Translations under genes and position numbers: made by a program
The notes under the pieces: generated by a model
What the model saw: only the letters and a program-made list of their open reading frames with translations
The model's database searches: none
What the model was told of the DNA's origin: nothing
Shown here: positions 56,994 through 64,000 of the stretch, piece by piece
How the letters are laid out: the number at the start of each line of letters is the position of its first letter
Numbering within the stretch: position 1 is the stretch's first letter
Assembly: GCF_006345805.1 (NCBI RefSeq)
Contig: NC_042998.1
Span: 113,584,001-113,648,000, forward strand
Length of the DNA stretch: 64,000 nt
Source: Octopus sinensis
Taxonomy: Eukaryota
Reading direction: 5' to 3'

Positions 56994-57100
56994 ACATATC
57001 TTGAATGATTCGTTACAGTTGTTTCTGTTCCAACTCTGCTTGCAACTCTAGTTTGCAAGCAGAATTTGTACAGAATCAATTGTAACGAATCATTAAGTGT
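56994..57100. other. ~100-nt near-perfect hairpin
   Basis: AATGATTCGTTACAGTTGTTTCTGT..TCTGCTTGCAA / TTGCAAGCAGA..ACAGAATCAATTGTAACGAATCATT. Confidence 0.85.
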
Positions 57101-57110
57101 CTTTTTTGGG

Positions 57111-57149
<39 letters not shown>

Positions 57150-57162
<13 letters not shown>

Positions 57163-57288
57163 GGTATGTATGTATGTATATATGTATATATATATATGTC
57201 TATGCGTGTGAGTGTGTATGTATATGTGTGTAAATAAATGCATTTACATTATACATATACATATATATATATATACATATACATATAC

Positions 57289-57320
<32 letters not shown>

Positions 57321-57324
57321 ATAT

Positions 57325-57359
<35 letters not shown>

Positions 57360-57560
57360 TATATATATATGCAGGTATGTATGTATGTATATATGTATAT
57401 ATATATATATGCAGGTATGTATGTATGTATATATGTATATATATATATGTCTATGCGTGTGAGTGTGTATGTATATGTGTGTAAATAAATGCATTTACAT
57501 TATACATATACATATACATATATATATATATATGCAGGTATGTATGTATGTATATATGTA
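57150..57560. repeat. Higher-order duplication of compound microsatellite
   Basis: GCAGGTATGTATG and GTCTATGCGTGTGAGTG..AAATAAATGCATTTACATT units are repeated. Confidence 0.85.
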
Positions 57561-58261
57561 TATATATACAAATATGTATATATATATATATATTTGTATA
57601 CATATATACATATATATATGTATACACACACACGCACACACACACACGTACACACACACTCACGCACACATACACATATATATATAAATACACACATACA
57701 TACACATACACACATACGGACACACACACAGGGATACAGAATGAATGGGAATGAAAGAAAGACAAAACAGAGGATATAAAAGATAGAGAGAAATAGACGA
57801 AGAAAAAGGTAGATAATGAGAGCACGAAGAAGAGAGTGAAATATATATAGTTGTTGATAAATAGATAGATAGGCAGCGAGAGAGAGAGAGAAAGAGGGGA
57901 GAGAAAGAGAAAGCGAGAAAATGAGAGGGGTTTGCGTGTGTATATTTCTGTTTCAATTGCTGCGATGTGATGCTAGTATATAGCTGTAGGCTACCACATC
58001 ACCTAATACCACACCGCAGTCATATCGAGCCGTGTACAGTTAAATATTGTACCATTTTCATTGAGCATAATTATAAACAGATTCTCAACTAGCTTCAAGC
58101 TGGAAAAGGATTATAACTTGTAATTTTAAGACAATGAATGTGTGTGCTGTGTGTGTGTGTGTGTGTGTGTAGGAGTGTGCATGTGTGTATGTGTATGTGT
58201 GTGTCTTTATATGTGTATTAACATATATATATATATACATATACATAACATATACATATAC

Positions 58262-58320
<59 letters not shown>

Positions 58321-59531
58321 GCATATATATACATATACACACATATGTATATATATATATGGTTGTATGTATATGATTTTATGTGTGATTCTATGTGCGT
58401 TTTTGTGTGTACGTATGCGTACCCTTTTTTTAATTCAAGATGTTCATAGAACTTAAAATATAAAAAAAGAGAAAAGAAGAAAAACAACAACAACAACAAC
58501 ATCAACAACAATAATAATTTCTAATTGCGGTTATCCATAATTTCGAAAATCTTACAAGTAAATTGTTTGACCAATGATAGGGTTACAGAAACAACATTCT
58601 TTGTAAGACGAAGCAAACTTTCGTGTTGAGGCCCGCCAACACAATGATTTTAACATCGAAATTAAGACAACAACAGCAATAGCAGCGGTAGCAGCGGCAG
58701 CAGCAGTAGCAGCAGCAGCAGCACTGTAGAAACAGTAGCAGCAGCAATATTAACTGCAAGAACACGCTTTGCTAATTTCAGCGGGTAGTTAGTTTTTCAT
58801 GAGCGATATATAGCTGACGGCTTTTTCTCTTGTTTTAGCCGCGAGCTGGGTGCCTGCTAAAACGGGTCTAATTGATGGGAATTAGCCAATTACTTAACAT
58901 TCGGTATGGTAAGAGGTGCATGCTATACCAATCGATATGCGGTATGCCTAGAGTTGAATTTGTATAACGATGAACAAAATTAGCCCAGAATCGATCAGAA
59001 TGTGCAAACTTACCGGCCCCCAACGCCATCAACCCTTTTCCTCTACCGCATCTTTTTCTTCTTCTCACCCCATTGCTACATCAACAACATCATCACTGCT
59101 TACCCAAACCCACCTTCATTTCCATCCCAGTCCACCGCACCCACTCGTCTCAGCCATTTTTCTATTTCAAGAGTATGAAACACCCCAACACCACATCTTC
59201 CGCCTCATCAACCACGACCACTTTCGGCTCAAGTTGCTCTGCTTTTCTACTTCTGTCTCTCCTTTAGCTTCCCGGATTCTCTCGCTCTTCTATCCCCTTC
59301 TCTAGTTCTGTTGCTCTCTTCCCCCTCTCTCTCACCCTCTCCGTCTCTCATACATACATTACATATATACATACATACATACATACATACATACATACAT
59401 ACATACATACATACAGACATAGATACATGCATGCATGCATTCATACATACATACACACATACACACATATATAATATATTAAAAAATATATATATACGTA
59501 TGTACATACACGCACATGCATGCATTCATAC

Positions 59532-59581
<50 letters not shown>

Positions 59582-59590
59582 GTTTATATA

Positions 59591-59667
<77 letters not shown>

Positions 59668-60163
59668 TTATATATATAGGTTTCATTCAGCTTTCTTCTG
59701 ATTTTTCCAAGCTTCTACAACGATAACCCACTCACACATACAATAACGCATACACACTTCCCACACCGCACACGCATATACCCCCAACGCACACACATTG
59801 CAGCTTTTTAACTCCCTAACCTCACTTGACTTTTGATTCTGTCATGATTAGCAATCTCTGTTTTAAATCAATGAATACACACACACACACATTCACGCAC
59901 ACACATGACTTCAGTGGTGTATAAGTATATTAAATGTACTAAACATCCATTAATTTTATTCGCCACGTTTATTATAATTCTTTTGTCATAACTTCTCAAC
60001 ACAAGACAAAACAAATCAATTACATTCCGAACGGAAGGCTGAAATTTGCGATTATCTCTTTGTGGGTTACAAGCCATGTAGTGACAGGGCAGGCTTTGTA
60101 TGTGTCAGAAAGAATGTATTAGAAATTGAAGTTGATATATATAGATATATATATATATATATA

Positions 60164-60199
<36 letters not shown>

Positions 60200-60435
60200 G
60201 ATATATATATACATTATATCTGTTTTGTGTGGTGTATAATCACACTAAAGGCTAATTCCTCCTGGGAATTAGTATGAACTGGAAAATGGTAATGAAGATA
60301 TCCCTAAGGGACATTAGGTTTTGTCAAAGATTTGTACTTAGATATAACTGAATGGTTTATTGTTGCTTCGGACAAATTCTAAATTCTTAGTTACAGACAC
60401 ACAGGCACACACATGCATAGATACACACACACACA

Positions 60436-60486
<51 letters not shown>

Positions 60487-61469
60487 ACATTATAAATTTT
60501 GCATTCTTCTTTCGGTCTGCGACAATGTAGGGGTGCTGCCTTTGAGGGTATATTTTAAACTCTCATGCATATGGTATCGTTCTTATTTGACGAACCGAAA
60601 CGCAAACAAACCAACACTAGTTGTCAGTCGGTGTGAGTGCATGTGACAAACACAGACATAAAGATACACATACATACACATGCATATATATATAAACTGT
60701 TGTGTCTGGGGAGATCATTTTCTTTTTGTGCCTTATAATATAACACACTCACCGGTAAAATTTCTACTTATTTCTTATTTTTATTTTCCTAAAATTTCCG
60801 TTGCGTCTTGCAACCTTTTCAATAGTCTTGACTCTGTCCGTTATTTACACTGCGTTCCTTTTTGTTTGTTTGTGCGCATGTGTGTGGGTCAGTGTGTGTG
60901 TGTGTGTGTGCCTATGTATGTATGCATGTACGTATGTATGTGTATATGCATGTATGCATGTGTATGTATGTATATATGTGCGTGTATGCATATGTATATA
61001 TGTATGTATGTGTGTGCATCTGTATGTACGTATCCTGCATATTTATGTGCTTGCATGTCCGTGTTTGTGTATTTTCTATGTATGTGTGTGTGAGCGTGTG
61101 TTTGTATATGTATGCACTTGTGTCTCCTTGTGTGTGCATGTCTGTGTGTGTGTGTGTTTTACAACTATGTACCATGTTTGTATGTATGGATTTGCATTTC
61201 TATATGTATGTCTCCATATGTATCCTTGTGTGGAGTAAAGTGTGTGTGTATATATGGTCATGTGTTTTAGTCTTCATTTGCGTATGTGTGCTTGTCTGTT
61301 CTTATAACCTATGTACCTATCCGTTTGTATGTTGATCTGTTTATTTTCATATCTATATGCTTACATACTAAAAAAAAGACAAGTGCATACACACACACTC
61401 ACCTCCCCCACACACATATATCTATCTACATAATAGTCCACTAACTATTCTACTCTACCAATGTAAACT

Positions 61470-61800
61470 GTGGGTATGGAGGTATGATATCAACTATGTA
61501 TATTTCCTATCAAGTATTGGGGAGGTTTTGTGTATAAGGACGTACTCCCATATTTGTCTGAGTGTTGGGTCTTTTGGGTGCTTGGATAAGATGCGGATGT
61601 CAAATTGACCCAAGTTGCTTTCATGGTGGTCTTTGGCATGTGGACAGAGTATGGAGGACTGTTTATTGTCGTCATATTGTCTCAGATTTTCATTTAGTCG
61701 TTCAGCAATGCTCCTAGATATCTCCCCTATGTACGTCATGTTCATGTCTTTACAAGCACCTCCTATGCATCTTACACGAACTCATATAAAGAATCTTGCA
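61470..61800 (-). mobile_element. Penelope-like GIY-YIG endonuclease fragment
   Basis: TYIGEISRSIAERLNENL..HAKDHH..RQIWEYVLI..SPILDRK. Confidence 0.75.
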
Positions 61801-62062
61801 AACCAAATACCAAAACGAAATATATATATATATATGTCGGGTTTTCACACAGTTTCCGCCAACGACGTGAAAGCTATTGGTCAATGGGGAGCTGTAGCAG
61901 AGGACACCAGCGGAAGGGGGGACTGAACGCGACACCACGTTGTTGCAAAGCGTGTTTCCTAGCCGCCACGCTGCCATGCCTTATATTTATACATAAGCAT
62001 TTATAAACACATACTCACACACACACACACCAAATACACTTATATATATATACCACATATGA

Positions 62063-62114
<52 letters not shown>

Positions 62115-62137
62115 ATATATATATATATCTATATATC

Positions 62138-62170
<33 letters not shown>

Positions 62171-62211
62171 TATATATATATATATATATATCTATATCTA
62201 TATCTATATAA

Positions 62212-62391
62212 TGTAACCACTGTGAATCGTTGGTGATTATCTTCCCCCGTCTTCCTATTGGACTTTCTCTGTTTCTGAAGAAGAGCTCTGCTCGAATTGT
62301 TAAACCATCTTTCTTTCCTTCCTGAGCGTCTGCTAATACTTTACATGTACCACATTCTCGCGTTGTTGTTTGTTCTTCGTTTTGTTGGATT

Positions 62392-62395
<4 letters not shown>
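62212..62395 (+). mobile_element. pLTR-like repeat with mutated hammerhead (62271-62305) within (TA)n
   Basis: GTTT-CTGAAGA-A-GAGC-TCT-GCTC-GAATT-GTT-AAAC (GAAAC mutated). Confidence 0.75.
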
Positions 62396-62474
<79 letters not shown>

Positions 62475-62673
62475 ATGTATGTTATATATATATGTATGCA
62501 TATATATATATGTATATATATATGCATATATATATATATATGTGCGTTTATATAAGTATATATATATGTATATATATATACTTACACACACACACACATA
62601 TATATATATTTATGTATTTATATATCATGTAATGTAGACTACAAAAATACGAGCTACTGATAGTTTCATGTAT

Positions 62674-62766
62674 TGGAGATTCAAATTTAGGCAGGATTTT
62701 ATAACACAGCGTGTGTCTCTGAGCAAAATTGCAAGTTGTGTTAGAAACCTGCCTAATCTTGCGTCT

Positions 62767-62769
<3 letters not shown>
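62674..62769. mobile_element. Tiny hairpin/MITE-like element
   Basis: TGGAGA..TTAGGCAGG..TAACACA / TGTGTTA..CCTGCCTAA..TCTCCA inverted arms in TA-rich flanks. Confidence 0.6.
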
Positions 62770-62809
<40 letters not shown>

Positions 62810-62828
62810 CACACATTTTGTGGAAACT

Positions 62829-63985
62829 TTTAAATTTATACTTCAGAACAATTATTTCTTATTTGGTGATATCTACTATCGCCAAAAAATCCGGAATTGC
62901 GATGGGAACGAAAGCAGCCTCTGTTCTTGCGAACCTAACAATGGAATATTTTGAATTTACCATATATGAAGCATCACTGCAAAAATATGGATATCCATTT
63001 CACCATTGTATAAGAGAGAACTGGAAAACATACTTGGATCACTGCTTTATCATTTGGACGGAGATCAATGATAAACTTTTGGAATATAAATAAATAACAA
63101 ATAATATAAACCCTAATGCTCAATTTACACTGGAATATAGATAAAAAAAGTCATCAACCAAATTATGACTGACATTTATCATAAACCAACGAAATCGAAG
63201 TAATATCTCCTGTTTAGCTTATGCCACCCGAAACATTTTAAAAGAAATATCCCCTTTTCATTTAGCAAAAAGGATTTGCAGAATAGTGTCTAATAGAAAT
63301 ACTCGGGGCCTTCGTCTTCAAGGCCTCAGAACAACACTAACTGAAAGACAATATCTACCCTCACTTATAGACGATGGAATTGAGCGTGCTAAGAAATTAG
63401 ACATTAAAACCTCATCTCAAATACTCATCTCAAACACCTCATCTCAAAACACTACTGTATATATCAATTCACAACCCTAGGAACATTGAGGCATACAACA
63501 TTATTGTACAAAATCTATCAATGCTCACTAGAGATCCAAAAATGAACAACATTCCGAAAACATATAGAGTCATCAAATGCAAAAAGCAACACAAATCGCC
63601 GAAAAGACTTCTAACAAATGCAAATCCTTACACAACAACTACGAAACCAACGGTTAAAATTGTGGACTCCCGAACTGTGGAACATGCTCCAACCTACTAG
63701 AAGGCTCGGAATTCCTGTTTAAACAAAGAAAAAGGTTCACAATTAAAACCAACTTCATTTGTGCTTCCGAGAATCTAATTTATGTTATAACTTGCTCAGG
63801 TTGTGGACATAACTATATTGGACAGACAAGTATGACACATAGACGGAGAACCACACTACATAAGGAGCTGATTCGGTTCCCACACTACAGCCAGATTATT
63901 TTGAGTGAACACATAGAGAGATGTGCGGGTAAAATCCAACCAAACTTCACAGTTTCCTCATCTACCAGTGCAATGAAATTTTCTG
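62829..63985 (+). mobile_element. Penelope-like element pseudogene, copy 2 (RT + GIY-YIG)
   Basis: GIAMGTKAASVLANL, WKTYLDHCFIIW, CGLPNCGTC and NLIYVITCSGCGHNYIGQT; colinear with copy 1. Confidence 0.92.
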
Positions 63986-64000
63986 TATTTAAACGTTCTT

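Noticed and set aside
60781-60835. Minus-strand GTTGC-AAGAC-GCAAC-GGAAA stem resembling hammerhead stem II
   Set aside because: Upstream reads CTATTGAAAAG rather than CTGANGA, and the GAAA core is altered.

Overview
Eukaryotic, AT-rich, extremely microsatellite-dense non-coding DNA. The repeat families and the microsatellite load suggest an octopod cephalopod (Octopus); this is inference. I cannot support any intact host protein-coding gene: nearly all ORFs in the track are translations of (TA)n, (TACA)n, (TCTA)n, (CA)n or trinucleotide arrays. The window is a nested transposon graveyard. It holds at least three tRNA-derived SINE families, seven fragments of R4/Dong-type RT + restriction-like-endonuclease retrotransposons, two RTE and one CR1-type LINE relics, Penelope-like elements (RT + GIY-YIG), two mariner relics, hAT MITEs and two non-autonomous Helitrons. 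The most interesting coherent signal is a set of minimal type-I hammerhead ribozyme motifs in short Penelope-associated repeats that sit in microsatellites. One of these is a ~270-bp fold-back with back-to-back hammerhead cores, nested inside a SINE's internal microsatellite. Together with the Dong-like insertions in (TAA)n/(TACA)n, this suggests a microsatellite-centred retroelement ecosystem. Unexplained items are a ~100-nt near-perfect hairpin (57.0 kb), a palindrome-dense CpG-rich patch (22.1-22.3 kb), and a few unique islands with promoter or splice signals.
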